Source: Syntrophales bacterium
Lineage (GTDB): Bacteria > Desulfobacterota > Syntrophia > Syntrophales > PHBD01
Reading direction: 5' to 3'
Assembly (NCBI GenBank): GCA_963668175.1
Contig: OY764159.1
Span: 1,184,001-1,248,000 of the forward strand
DNA: 64,000 bases
Shown here: piece after piece, positions 20,977 to 29,764 of the stretch
Position numbering within the stretch: the stretch's first letter is position 1
Layout of the letters: every line of letters begins with the position of its first letter
Notes under the pieces: model-generated
What the model saw: the letters and a program-made list of their open reading frames with translations, nothing else
Told to the model about the DNA's origin: nothing
Databases searched by the model: none
Translations under genes and position numbers: made by a program

Positions 20977-23211
20977 TTACGCGCATTCGCTGTATCCGCA
21001 CAGGCGGCATACCATGCATCCGCCCTCATGTTCCACGATGCCGCCGCAGTCCGGGCAGGCGCCCCTAGCGAGGGCGACCTTTTCATGGATCGTTTCATAG
21101 CCGTTGGCCGCCATATGGGATTGGATGGCCTTGGCGACGGCGTCGGCGCAGGAGAGGATCTTGTTGTCGCCGAATCCGGACGGGGAATGGCAGGAGATGC
21201 CTTGCAACTGTTTGATAACCTGCTTGGCCTGGACGCCGCTGCGCCAGGCAAGGGAAACCATGCGTCCGATGGCTTCGCTCTGGGACGCGGCGCAGCCGCC
21301 CGCCTTGCCCATGGTCGTGAAAAGCTCGAATAGCCCCTGGGTATCCTGATTCACCGTGACGTAAAGGGGGCCGCAACCCGTCTGCATCTGGTACGTCCAG
21401 CCCTTCAAGACCTTGGGGCGCTCCCGCTTGATCACTTTTTTCTCTTTATCAGCCGTGAGCCTCGCGGGAGGGGCTTCCTTCTTGCCTTTGGAGAGGACCT
21501 GCTTGTCCCTGCTGCCGTCGCGATAGATAGTAACGCCTTTGCAGCCCAGTTGATAGGCCAGCCGGTAGACTTTTGTGACGTCGTCGACGGTAGCCCCGTT
21601 AGAGAAATTGACGGTCTTGCTGACGGCGTTGTCCGTGTATTTCTGGAAGGCTGCTTGCATCTTGATATGAACTTCCGGCGAGATGTCGTGTGCCGTCACG
21701 AAAATCTTCCGGACGTCTTCCGGAACGTCTTCCAGGTCTCGGACGGAACCGCGTTCGGCGATGAGTTGCATCAGCTCGGGGGTGTAGAAACCCCTTTCCT
21801 TGGCGATCCGTTCGAATAGGGGATGGACCTCCACCAGGATGTCGTTATCCATCACCTGGCGTACGTAAGACACGGCGAAGATCGGCTCCACGCCGGACGA
21901 GGCATTGGCGATGATGGATATCGTTCCCGTCGGGGCAATAGTGGTCACCGTGGCGTTCCGGATCGGGGGTTCGCTCTTCAGGTTGTAGGTGGACCCGCTG
22001 AAATTCGGGAAGGGACCCCGTATTTTCGCCAGTTCGCGGGATTGTTCGTGCCCGTTCTCCTGGATGAAGCGCATGACTTTCTGGGCCAGCTCAAGGGCCT
22101 CGTCCGAGTCGTAGGCGATATTCAACATGATCAGCATGTCGGCCCAACCCATGACGCCCAGGCCTATCTTCCGGTTGCTGCGGGTCATCTCCTCGATCTG
22201 CGGCAGCGGGTATTGATTCACTTCCACAACGTTGTCCAGGAAGCGAACGGCCAGCTGAACGACCTCTTTGAGCCTCGCCCAGTCGATCTGGTCCTTCTTC
22301 ACCATCTTCGCCAGGTTGATCGACCCGAGGTTGCAGGACTCGTAGGGCAGGAGAGGCTGTTCGCCGCAGGGGTTCGTCGATTCGATCTGGCCGACGTTGG
22401 GAGTCGGGTTGTCGCGGTTGAGGCGGTCCAGAAAAACAATCCCCGGCTCACCGTTTTCCCATGCCTGGGCGACGATCCTGTTGAAGACCTTTTGCGCGTT
22501 CAAGCCGCCGGTGACCTGCCCGTTTCGCGGATTGATAAGGTCGTAATTCTCGTCGTGCTCCACGGCGGCCATGAAGGCCTCCGTCAGGCCGACGGAGATA
22601 TTGAAATTGTTCAGCTGTTTGGTGTCGGCCTTGCACATGATGAAATCCATGATATCCGGGTGATCGACGCGCAGTATGCCCATGTTGGCTCCCCGCCGCG
22701 TTCCCCCCTGCTTGATGGTTTCCGTGGCGACATCGAAGACCCTCATAAAGGATATCGGCCCGCTGGAAATGCCCGCCGTGGTCAGAACCTGGTCGTTGGC
22801 GGGGCGCAGCCGGGAAAAGGAAAAGCCGGTGCCGCCGCCCGATTTGTGGATCAAGGCGGTATATTTGACGGCATCGAAAATCTCTTCCATGGAGTCGCCG
22901 ACGGGCAGGACGAAGCATGCGGAAAGCTGGCCCAGTTCCCGTCCCGCGTTCATCAGGGTCGGGGAATTGGGCAGGAACTCCAATCCCACCATCATACTGT
23001 AGAACTGTTCCGATAACTTGGCCGTGTCGGCCTGGGCATCGAATTTCCGGTCGGCCGCCGCGATGGCATCGGCGACCCGCTTGAACATATGGGCCGGCGT
23101 TTCCAGCACCTTGGCGTCCTTGTCCCGCTTCAGGTAGCGCCTTTCCAGGACGGTCATGGCATTTTTGGATAAGTGCAAAGTAGCAGGCATAGCGGAAACT
23201 CTGTTAGGCAT
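20977..23211 (-). CDS. nrdJ: Class II (adenosylcobalamin-dependent) ribonucleotide reductase with C-terminal TSCPD/Zn-ribbon
   Basis: PNSPTLMNAG, QLSAC, GGTRRGANM, TNPCGEQPL, TIAPTGT, C-terminal CPDC...CMVCRLC. Confidence 0.95.
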   Translation of the reverse strand: MPNRVSAMPATLHLSKNAMTVLERRYLKRDKDAKVLETPAHMFKRVADAIAAADRKFDAQADTAKLSEQFYSMMVGLEFLPNSPTLMNAGRELGQLSACFVLPVGDSMEEIFDAVKYTALIHKSGGGTGFSFSRLRPANDQVLTTAGISSGPISFMRVFDVATETIKQGGTRRGANMGILRVDHPDIMDFIMCKADTKQLNNFNISVGLTEAFMAAVEHDENYDLINPRNGQVTGGLNAQKVFNRIVAQAWENGEPGIVFLDRLNRDNPTPNVGQIESTNPCGEQPLLPYESCNLGSINLAKMVKKDQIDWARLKEVVQLAVRFLDNVVEVNQYPLPQIEEMTRSNRKIGLGVMGWADMLIMLNIAYDSDEALELAQKVMRFIQENGHEQSRELAKIRGPFPNFSGSTYNLKSEPPIRNATVTTIAPTGTISIIANASSGVEPIFAVSYVRQVMDNDILVEVHPLFERIAKERGFYTPELMQLIAERGSVRDLEDVPEDVRKIFVTAHDISPEVHIKMQAAFQKYTDNAVSKTVNFSNGATVDDVTKVYRLAYQLGCKGVTIYRDGSRDKQVLSKGKKEAPPARLTADKEKKVIKRERPKVLKGWTYQMQTGCGPLYVTVNQDTQGLFELFTTMGKAGGCAASQSEAIGRMVSLAWRSGVQAKQVIKQLQGISCHSPSGFGDNKILSCADAVAKAIQSHMAANGYETIHEKVALARGACPDCGGIVEHEGGCMVCRLCGYSECA

Positions 23212-23254
23212 TACAATGATCTCCTTGAAGATTCGATAAGATAACCAGAACTGG

Positions 23255-23301
23255 GTACTACATATAGTATAGGAAAGCTTTTTAAACGCAATATCTGGGA
23301 A
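23255..23301 (-). promoter_or_regulatory. Tandem NrdR boxes over the nrdJ promoter
   Basis: GTACTACATATAGTAT and ACGCAATATCTGGGAA, 31 bp apart, fitting acaCwAtATaTwGtgt; adjacent minus-strand TTGACA at 23303-23308. Confidence 0.8.
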
Positions 23302-23414
23302 ATGTCAACGGAAAAATGACCGATTTTTGCTGAGAAGGGATATCTGCCCGAAACGCTTTGTGTTTACGCGTGAAAGAAGAGAAAAATCCGCCGGCCGGAC
23401 GGGTCAGCTTCTGA

Positions 23415-24107
23415 CTACGGCGCGCTGCCGTTTATGCAATTGAGCATCTTTTCACTTTCGATAAAACGAAGGGTGGCTGTCCCTGCAGGGGATGTGCCGT
23501 TTCGGGATGCGATAAACGCCTTTAAATCTTCTATCGTGTCGATATCGCGCCAGCATGGAAGAATCGCAAGCCGCAGGCCTTTCGCCTTGATGATCCTGCA
23601 TGTGCTTTCGCAGACGCTGTCCGAGCCCCAGGGAATCTCCATGAAGGCATCCGGCAGAAATGCGGCGGCCTTGAAACCAATCAGGTAGTATCCGCCATCC
23701 GCGGCGGGGCCGATCACACAGTCGTTGGTTCCCAGTGCGGCGAATCCTGCCTCGACGATCGTCGCCGGCAGGTCGGGGAGGTCGCTGCCGATCAAAAGGA
23801 GCGAATCGTAGCCCTCCGAAAAGATCTTCCGGAAGGCATGGCTCATTCTTTCTCCCAGGTCGCTCCCCTCTTGGGGCTCGCAGGGACGGTCGTGGCCCAG
23901 CCAGGCCGCCACGCTCTCCTGTTGATCGGGCGGATAAAAGAAGAGCCTGACATCGAATGGTCCCCGGCCCATCGTCTCCAGGATATCCGCTACGAAGTGC
24001 CGATAGAGCATTCTTGCGTTCTCTTCCCCGATGGCCTTCGCCAGGCGGGATTTGACGGTTGCCGCACCGGGCGCCTTGACGAATATGATGAGTCCTTGCC
24101 GCTCCAT
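23415..24107 (-). CDS. TIGR04282/DUF2064 family transferase (arsenosugar biosynthesis-associated, CofC-like)
   Basis: IIFVKAP...VKSRLA, QEGSDLGERM, IGSDLP, GPAADGGYYLIG, DIDTIEDL. Confidence 0.88.
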   Translation of the reverse strand: MERQGLIIFVKAPGAATVKSRLAKAIGEENARMLYRHFVADILETMGRGPFDVRLFFYPPDQQESVAAWLGHDRPCEPQEGSDLGERMSHAFRKIFSEGYDSLLLIGSDLPDLPATIVEAGFAALGTNDCVIGPAADGGYYLIGFKAAAFLPDAFMEIPWGSDSVCESTCRIIKAKGLRLAILPCWRDIDTIEDLKAFIASRNGTSPAGTATLRFIESEKMLNCINGSAP

Positions 24108-24234
24108 GGAACCATTATAACGGGGATGGCCGCTCCGGGCAAGAAGAAGGCGCAATGGCCCCGTTCCCGGGCGACGACCGGGAATCCACGGCCGCCGTTT
24201 CCGGCCGATATGACCGTTTCGCCGCGTTCCCGGT

Positions 24235-25320
24235 CTATTTGAAGATGTTGTAGTCGAGGCCCCGTATCCGCGCCCTTTCGGCGAACCAGTCGTCTTCCGT
24301 CAGGGGCGGTTTGGTCAATTTGTCCGGCGCCTTGCGGACCAGGCGGATCGCGTCCGCCGGGCAGCGGCGCACGCAAAGGCCGCAGCCGATGCACTTTTCC
24401 TCCACGACACGGTATGCATCTCCGTCTTCCGCGACGGCGCCGACCTGGCAGCGTTCGTCGGCACAGAGGCCGCAGCCGATGCACGTATCGGCGTCGATGA
24501 CGGCATAGTGGTAGGAATTGATGACCACCGACGCCGGGATGCCGAGGTCGTTGATGGCGCTGAGGACTCCGCAGCAGCACTTGCAGCAGTTGCAGATATA
24601 GATGTGCCCCGCCTGGATATTGTACGTGAGATGGACCAGGCCGGCTTCTTCGGCCTTGTCGAGCATTGCGTAGGCCTCCTCCTTGGTGATGACCCGTCCC
24701 GTCGGCGATTTTTTGAACATCCCGGGTACTGGGGCGATGCCCAGGCAGACTTCCAGCGGTTTGTCGCAGGGATGGCCCATCAGGGACTTCTCTTTTTTAC
24801 AGATACATTCGTTCAGGAGAAAGGACCGGCCGGCTTCGATAATGGCCGAAACCTTCTCATACGACAGGCTTTCCTGGTGGCTGGGTATCACCTCGTCGAC
24901 GGCGATGGTCTGCATGAGCGGCGGCTTCTTCGAGAAAAATTCCCTGCCGTAAAGAGGCCAGTATTCCTCCATCAGTTCGGCGAATTCTTTGTCCATCCGG
25001 CCGAGCTGAAATTCGTAGATACCGAATATCCAGGGCATCATTTTAAAATACCGGGTTTTGTCCAGGCGGATCGAGAACAGCTGTCCCGCGACGACCATGT
25101 CGAAAAGCTTTGCCTCCAGGCCTTCCAGGGGGCGGCCCGTGCGCTCGGCGATCTGCTCGGCCGATTCAAACGTCATCTTCAGGTCGCAGAAAAGGTCTGC
25201 CTGTTCGGGGAGGAAGACTTTCTTCAAAAGCTTGATTTCCACGCCGCTTTCCGAGGCAGGGTAGCCGTTCGGCAAGGTATCCAGGACTTTGGCCAACCGC
25301 TGATACATGTCGTCGCTCAT
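24235..25320 (-). CDS. Fe-S protein with N-terminal helical/HTH-like region and C-terminal 2x[4Fe-4S] ferredoxin domain
   Basis: CICK, ICNCCKCCC, CIGCGLC...C, CIGCGLCVRRCP; start at MSDDMYQ. Confidence 0.85.
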   Translation of the reverse strand: MSDDMYQRLAKVLDTLPNGYPASESGVEIKLLKKVFLPEQADLFCDLKMTFESAEQIAERTGRPLEGLEAKLFDMVVAGQLFSIRLDKTRYFKMMPWIFGIYEFQLGRMDKEFAELMEEYWPLYGREFFSKKPPLMQTIAVDEVIPSHQESLSYEKVSAIIEAGRSFLLNECICKKEKSLMGHPCDKPLEVCLGIAPVPGMFKKSPTGRVITKEEAYAMLDKAEEAGLVHLTYNIQAGHIYICNCCKCCCGVLSAINDLGIPASVVINSYHYAVIDADTCIGCGLCADERCQVGAVAEDGDAYRVVEEKCIGCGLCVRRCPADAIRLVRKAPDKLTKPPLTEDDWFAERARIRGLDYNIFK

Positions 25321-25373
25321 GATCCGATCTCCGTTCGTTATTTTGGCATGTTCTCTTTGTTTGCGTCCTATCG

Positions 25374-25967
25374 TTACGGCTCTGTTCTTATCTTTTCCGC
25401 TTTCTTGCCGGCGATGACGGTCTTTCCCGTTTCCATGAGGAGTTTCGTGACTTCCTCTTCCGTCATCTCGGCGATCACGCCGTTGTTGCTCAGGACGGCA
25501 AGGCCGTGGGAGAATATCCACATCTTGTAGAGAATGTCCTTCTTCTCTTCGAGGGTGAACCCCGGCAGGACCGATTCGTCGCGGAGCCTCTCCATGACGG
25601 CTTCGACGACATAGCCGTGACGCCCGCCTGTCTCGTCCCCGGGCTCGTCTTCGCCGGATTCCTTGGAGTAGAGCATCCGGAAGAGGTTCTTTTCGATTTG
25701 GGCGAACAGGACGTAACCGATCCCCATGTCGAGAAATCGCCATCTCGATCTCTCTTTTGTCTGGTAGCGGATGAGCAGGTCGGAAGCCCTCCGGGCGATG
25801 GCGTCCTTGAGTTTCTGCATGCAGCTCAGGCCCGAGTAGATCGGCATCGTGGACGACCCCAGTTCCCGGGCGATCATCCGGGCCGTGCACCTTTCCCAGC
25901 CGTGCTTCCGGGTAACGGAAAAAGCCGCGTCCACGATATCTTCTTTGGTAAATCGTACTTCCGGCAT
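25374..25967 (-). CDS. TetR family transcriptional regulator
   Basis: N-terminal HTH IVDAAF...TARMIARELGSSTMPIYS. Confidence 0.9.
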   Translation of the reverse strand: MPEVRFTKEDIVDAAFSVTRKHGWERCTARMIARELGSSTMPIYSGLSCMQKLKDAIARRASDLLIRYQTKERSRWRFLDMGIGYVLFAQIEKNLFRMLYSKESGEDEPGDETGGRHGYVVEAVMERLRDESVLPGFTLEEKKDILYKMWIFSHGLAVLSNNGVIAEMTEEEVTKLLMETGKTVIAGKKAEKIRTEP

Positions 25968-25982
25968 AGGATGTTATCTCTA

Positions 25983-26020
25983 ATAACTGCCGTTATATAA
26001 CAACAGTTATATTCAGTCAA
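25983..26020 (-). promoter_or_regulatory. TetR-type palindromic operator overlapping a sigma-70 promoter
   Basis: ATAACTGccGTTATATAACaaCAGTTAT palindrome; minus strand TTGACT-N17-TATAAC. Confidence 0.75.
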
Positions 26021-26082
26021 GGCCAAAAACGAAGATAAATCCATAGGCGTTTCACGGTTCGGGATGCCGTGTTAAAAAAACC

Positions 26083-26113
26083 TTGACCTGACTACCGCTT
26101 CATAGTTCAGAAT
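26083..26113 (+). promoter_or_regulatory. MerR-family promoter/operator with 19-bp spacer
   Basis: TTGACC-N19-CAGAAT with spacer dyad CTGACTA...TAGTTCAG; MerR-family gene in the downstream operon. Confidence 0.65.
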
Positions 26114-26132
26114 GATCTGAAAGGAGATTCCT

Positions 26133-26633
26133 ATGTCCATATTTACGGCGAAGCGTTTTGAATATGCGTGTTCCCTGCCCGTAGAGGCGCCTGCCGACGA
26201 GGTCTTTCCGCTTCTTTGTCCCGTGAGGGAGTACGAGTGGATCGACGGCTGGGATTGCCGGCTGGTCTATTCCCGGTCCGGTCTGGCGGAAATGAATGCC
26301 GTCTTCACGACGGATTTCTCCGGCGAGGGTCTCACGGTCTGGGTTACGTCCCATCACGATCCGGCGGCCCGCCGGGTTTCCTATATCCGGGTCACGCCGG
26401 GAATCAAGGTCCTGAGGATGGATTTGCAGGTGGAGGAAGTCCCGGAGGGGCATTCCCTGTGGCGGATAGCCTATACCATGACCGCCCTGGGGGAGGAGGG
26501 CAATGCTTTGATCGAGCATCTGTCGGCGACGAACGGCGGGGAACTCGCGGCCAGGGCCGGACTTCTGGGTCGCATGTTGAACCATTTCCTCAAGACGGGC
26601 AGGATGCTCAAAAAGGAGGAATGGCCCAAGTGA
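26133..26633 (+). CDS. SRPBCC/START-like ligand-binding fold protein
   Basis: APADEVFPLLCPVREYEWIDGW N-terminal pattern; AAGGAG RBS. Confidence 0.7.
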   Translation: MSIFTAKRFEYACSLPVEAPADEVFPLLCPVREYEWIDGWDCRLVYSRSGLAEMNAVFTTDFSGEGLTVWVTSHHDPAARRVSYIRVTPGIKVLRMDLQVEEVPEGHSLWRIAYTMTALGEEGNALIEHLSATNGGELAARAGLLGRMLNHFLKTGRMLKKEEWPK

Positions 26634-27178
26634 AGCCCTACCCCATGACAGTCGGCCAGTTGGCGAAGCAGGCGGGTCTGTCCCGAAGCACGCTTCTCTA
26701 TTACGATTCCATCGGTCTCCTGCGACCCACGGGACGGAGCCGCGCCAACTATCGGCGGTATACCGAGGAGGACGCCCGGCGTCTCGAAAAGATTCGTCTT
26801 TATCGGCAGATGGGTCTTTCCACGACGCTCGTCGCCGAAATTCTCGCCGCCCCCAAGAGCGGCGTCCGGGACATCCTGGAGAAAAGGCTTTGGGAACTGG
26901 GCAAGGAAATCGGTCGCCTGAGGGAACAGCAGGAGGTCATCATCCGGATACTGCAGGACAATTCCCTCCGGGGGCGGCTCTCGTTTCTCAGCAAGGACGA
27001 CTGGGTTGCCCTCTTTCGGTCCGCCGGCCTCGACGACGAGGGGATGGAGACGTGGCATCGGGAGTTCGAAAAGCTCTCCCCCCATTCTCATCAGGAGTTT
27101 CTGGAAGGGCTCGGCATCCCGGCCGCAGAGATTGACCTGATCCGGAAAGCGTCCCGGAAGGGGACTCCCGGGAAATGA
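26630..27178 (+). CDS. MerR family transcriptional regulator (Cys-free)
   Basis: TVGQLAKQAGLSRSTLLYYDSIGLL...NYRRY; GTGA overlap with upstream stop; C-term WHREFE...H.EFL..LG. Confidence 0.92.
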   Translation: MKPYPMTVGQLAKQAGLSRSTLLYYDSIGLLRPTGRSRANYRRYTEEDARRLEKIRLYRQMGLSTTLVAEILAAPKSGVRDILEKRLWELGKEIGRLREQQEVIIRILQDNSLRGRLSFLSKDDWVALFRSAGLDDEGMETWHREFEKLSPHSHQEFLEGLGIPAAEIDLIRKASRKGTPGK

Positions 27179-27197
27179 AGAAAAGGAGGTTCTGATT

Positions 27198-27956
27198 GTG
27201 AATAATCAACTGATGATCGGTTTGTGGCGCCTCATGATCCAGCTTCCCCCGTCCCTTCTGGAGGGCAGGATGGCCAAGGCCAAGGAGAAATTTGCCAGGG
27301 AACTGGCCTTCATGACCGGCGAACACCGGGCGGTCCATCATTATGTAGTCCGTCAGCTTCCCTATGCAACGTCCCCTCTCGCCCCGGAGGCGATCGCCGC
27401 CGCCCTGGGCATGGACCGGGAGAGGGTTGAAACCCTGCTGGACGACCTCGAGAGGCATATGACCTTTCTTTTCAGGAACGACCGGCGGGAGGTTGTCTGG
27501 GCCTATCCGGTTACGCTGGAAAAAACGCCCCACCATCTCACCTTCGGCACGGGTGAAACCGTTTATGCCGCCTGAGCGGCCGACGCGTTCGCGGCGCCCT
27601 TCGTGCAAGGGCGGTTGAGAAAAGAGTCCCTGTCCGTCACCGTTCGTTCGGAATGCGCCCATTGCGGCCGTCCCATGGAGATGGAAATCGACAGCGACCT
27701 TGCGTACCGCGTAAAAGATGACGACTGCCGGCCCGTCGTCTTTATGCCCGACGTCGATCTTTACAAGCTTAAGGATGCCAGCATCATCGACGCCTTCTGA
27801 AAGGAGAGCGTCTTCTTCTGGTCAGAAGAGCATGCCAAGGCTTACAGGAAATCCGTTCATAGGATTCGTGGCGTCTATTTCAGCGCCGCACAGCTGGTCC
27901 GGGCAACCCGCGTCGCCCAAAGCGCCCTTTTCGGCTTCGACGGTCCTGCGCCGTGA
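27198..27956 (+). CDS. MerB (organomercurial lyase)-like selenoprotein, 252 aa, predicted Sec126 and Sec201
   Basis: Single frame with UGA at 27573 (VYAA-U-AAD, cf. MerB YAWC96ALD99) and 27798 (IDAF-U-KESVFF, cf. MerB SFC159CHVHFF); each followed by a SECIS-like hairpin; AAGGAGG RBS; WAYP..TPH motif. Confidence 0.85.
27592..27617 (+). other. Candidate bacterial SECIS element for UGA 27573
   Basis: CGCCCTT-CGTGC-AAGGGCG; apical loop begins 26 nt after UGA with GU at loop positions 2-3. Confidence 0.65.
27808..27835 (+). other. Candidate bacterial SECIS element for UGA 27798
   Basis: TCTTCT-GGTC-AGAAGA; loop begins 19 nt after UGA; GGUC loop like the E. coli fdhF SECIS; bulged lower stem GCGT/ATGC. 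Confidence 0.75.
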
Positions 27957-28079
27957 AGCCTTTCGTCGGCAAAGCTGCGAAGGTTCTTCCCGCCGCTTTT
28001 TTGCCTTGTTCGCCCTGCGTTATTATAGTATGAAAGTTCCCTCGAAACGTCGGATGCGTTTTCAACAGGGAACGGTACG

Positions 28080-29255
28080 ATGAGAATCATTCTTTTTACC
28101 GGCAAAGGGGGAACCGGTAAGACCACCTGTGCTGCGGCCACTGCTATGAAGACGGCAGCGTCAGGTTTGCGCACCCTCATCATCTCCACGGACTCCGCCC
28201 ACAGCCTGGCCGATGCCCTCGACGTCAAATTGGGGCCCGAGCCGGCCGAGGCGGCGGAAAACCTCTACGCCCAGGAACTCGACATCTATTACTCCATGCG
28301 CAAGTACTGGGGGAACCTCAGCAATATGCTCCGCCAGGCCTTAAGCTGGCAGCGCATGGACCGGATGCTGGTGGAGGAAATGGCCGCCCTGCCGGGTATG
28401 GCGGAGGCCTCGGCCTTCCTGTGGGTCGACAAGTATTACCGGGAAGGGGAGTACGACGTCCTTATCGTCGACAGTGCGCCCACGGGCGAAACCCTGACCC
28501 TCCTCACGCTGCCCCAGGTCAGCCGATGGTGGACCTCCAAGCTTTTCCCCTACCCGAAGATGGCGACGAAGGCCTTCGGCGCCTTTGTGCATGCGACGAC
28601 CGGCATCCCCCTGGACGAAAGCTACCGGGAGCTGGACGACCTTTTCACGAAGCTGGAGAGTCTCTATGAGATTTTCAGCAACCCCCTGATCACCTCCGTC
28701 CGCGTCGTCACCAACCCGGAGAAAATGGCCGTCCAGGAGGCCAAACGGGCCTATACGTATCTGCTGCTTCACGGCTACAGCGTCGACGCCGTGATCGTCA
28801 ACCGAGTCCTGCCCGATGCATCCGCCGACTCTTTCTGGAAGGGTTATCTGCAATCCCAAAAGCATTACCTGGAGGATATCGGGACGTCTTTTTATCCCCT
28901 GCCTGTCTTCACGCTGCATCATACAGGCCGGGAGGTGTTCGGCATAGAGATGCTCGGCCGCCTCGGCGACGGGCTCTATGCGGGGCGAAATCCCGTCGAG
29001 GTCCTTCATGCGGAAAAATCTTTTGTACTGGAAGATGTGGGGGAAATCGTGAGGCTCAAATTGAGGCTGCCGTTCTTTGAGAACAGCGACTTCAGGATCG
29101 AGCAGTTCGGCGACGAGTTGGTCATCAACATCCGGAACAACCGGCGCAATCTCTTCCTGCCCAAATTCATGGGCCATTTCGTCATCCGGGACTATTATTA
29201 CGAAGATCCGAACCTCGTCGTTCTCTTTTCACGGATTACGCCTTTCGGATCATGA
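28080..29255 (+). CDS. ArsA/Get3 family ATPase with C-terminal HSP20-like domain
   Basis: GKGGTGKTT, STDSAHSLAD, DSAPTGET; C-term GDELVINIRNNRRNLFLP. Confidence 0.9.
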   Translation: MRIILFTGKGGTGKTTCAAATAMKTAASGLRTLIISTDSAHSLADALDVKLGPEPAEAAENLYAQELDIYYSMRKYWGNLSNMLRQALSWQRMDRMLVEEMAALPGMAEASAFLWVDKYYREGEYDVLIVDSAPTGETLTLLTLPQVSRWWTSKLFPYPKMATKAFGAFVHATTGIPLDESYRELDDLFTKLESLYEIFSNPLITSVRVVTNPEKMAVQEAKRAYTYLLLHGYSVDAVIVNRVLPDASADSFWKGYLQSQKHYLEDIGTSFYPLPVFTLHHTGREVFGIEMLGRLGDGLYAGRNPVEVLHAEKSFVLEDVGEIVRLKLRLPFFENSDFRIEQFGDELVINIRNNRRNLFLPKFMGHFVIRDYYYEDPNLVVLFSRITPFGS

Positions 29256-29396
29256 TTGCGATGTCGGACCGTTTACGCCGGGCCTCTTTTCGCGCATCCG
29301 AACACAGGCCATGTATTCCCTTGCCCGGACGGCTGTTTGAAGAGGGGGCGGATGTCCGCCCCCAGCGATTTTTTACTTAGCGGAATGTGTATTTGC

Positions 29397-29699
29397 CTAT
29401 TTCTTGTGACATTGCGTGCAGGTGTTGAACGCTTTGGTCCCGTTGTGGCAGGCAAAGCAGAACTTCCCCGAGGTGTGATCGGCCATGGTGATCTTGGCCT
29501 CTTTCTTCATTGTGAACAGTCCCGAATGGCAGTCGTTGCACGACAACCCTTTATCGGCATGGGTTTTCCCGTGAAAAACGACCTGCCCTTGTCCGCCCCC
29601 GGCGTAGGTGATATCCTTGCTGCCGTCTACAGCCATAACGTTTACGGCCATAAATGCAAAAACAATGATAATGGCTGCTGCACTAAAATACTTCATCAT
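29397..29699 (-). CDS. Periplasmic triheme cytochrome c (c7-type)
   Basis: Signal peptide; CNDCH, CFACH, CTQCH; VVFHGKTH. Confidence 0.9.
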   Translation of the reverse strand: MMKYFSAAAIIIVFAFMAVNVMAVDGSKDITYAGGGQGQVVFHGKTHADKGLSCNDCHSGLFTMKKEAKITMADHTSGKFCFACHNGTKAFNTCTQCHKK

Positions 29700-29764
29700 G
29701 GGTTTTTCTCCTTCCTTCGTACTCCTGCTTTTAAATTTTTTTACCGCTATGCATAGTCTTGCAA

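Noticed and set aside
23212..23414. Cobalamin riboswitch upstream of B12-dependent nrdJ
   Set aside because: No B12-box or core riboswitch motifs; leader is short and occupied by NrdR boxes
25321..25890. N-terminal extensions in the ORF track (24235-25890, 26168-27178, 221-511)
   Set aside because: They overlap real neighbouring genes in other frames; RBS and domain boundaries support the shorter starts
27198..27956. Reading the MerB-like locus as a pseudogene or as two small genes
   Set aside because: Both stops are TGA, in frame, at the catalytic Cys positions and followed by SECIS-like hairpins; no frameshifts
27954..28028. A third UGA readthrough at the end of the MerB-like gene
   Set aside because: The protein is already complete relative to MerB, and the extension is short, low-information and overlaps the next promoter
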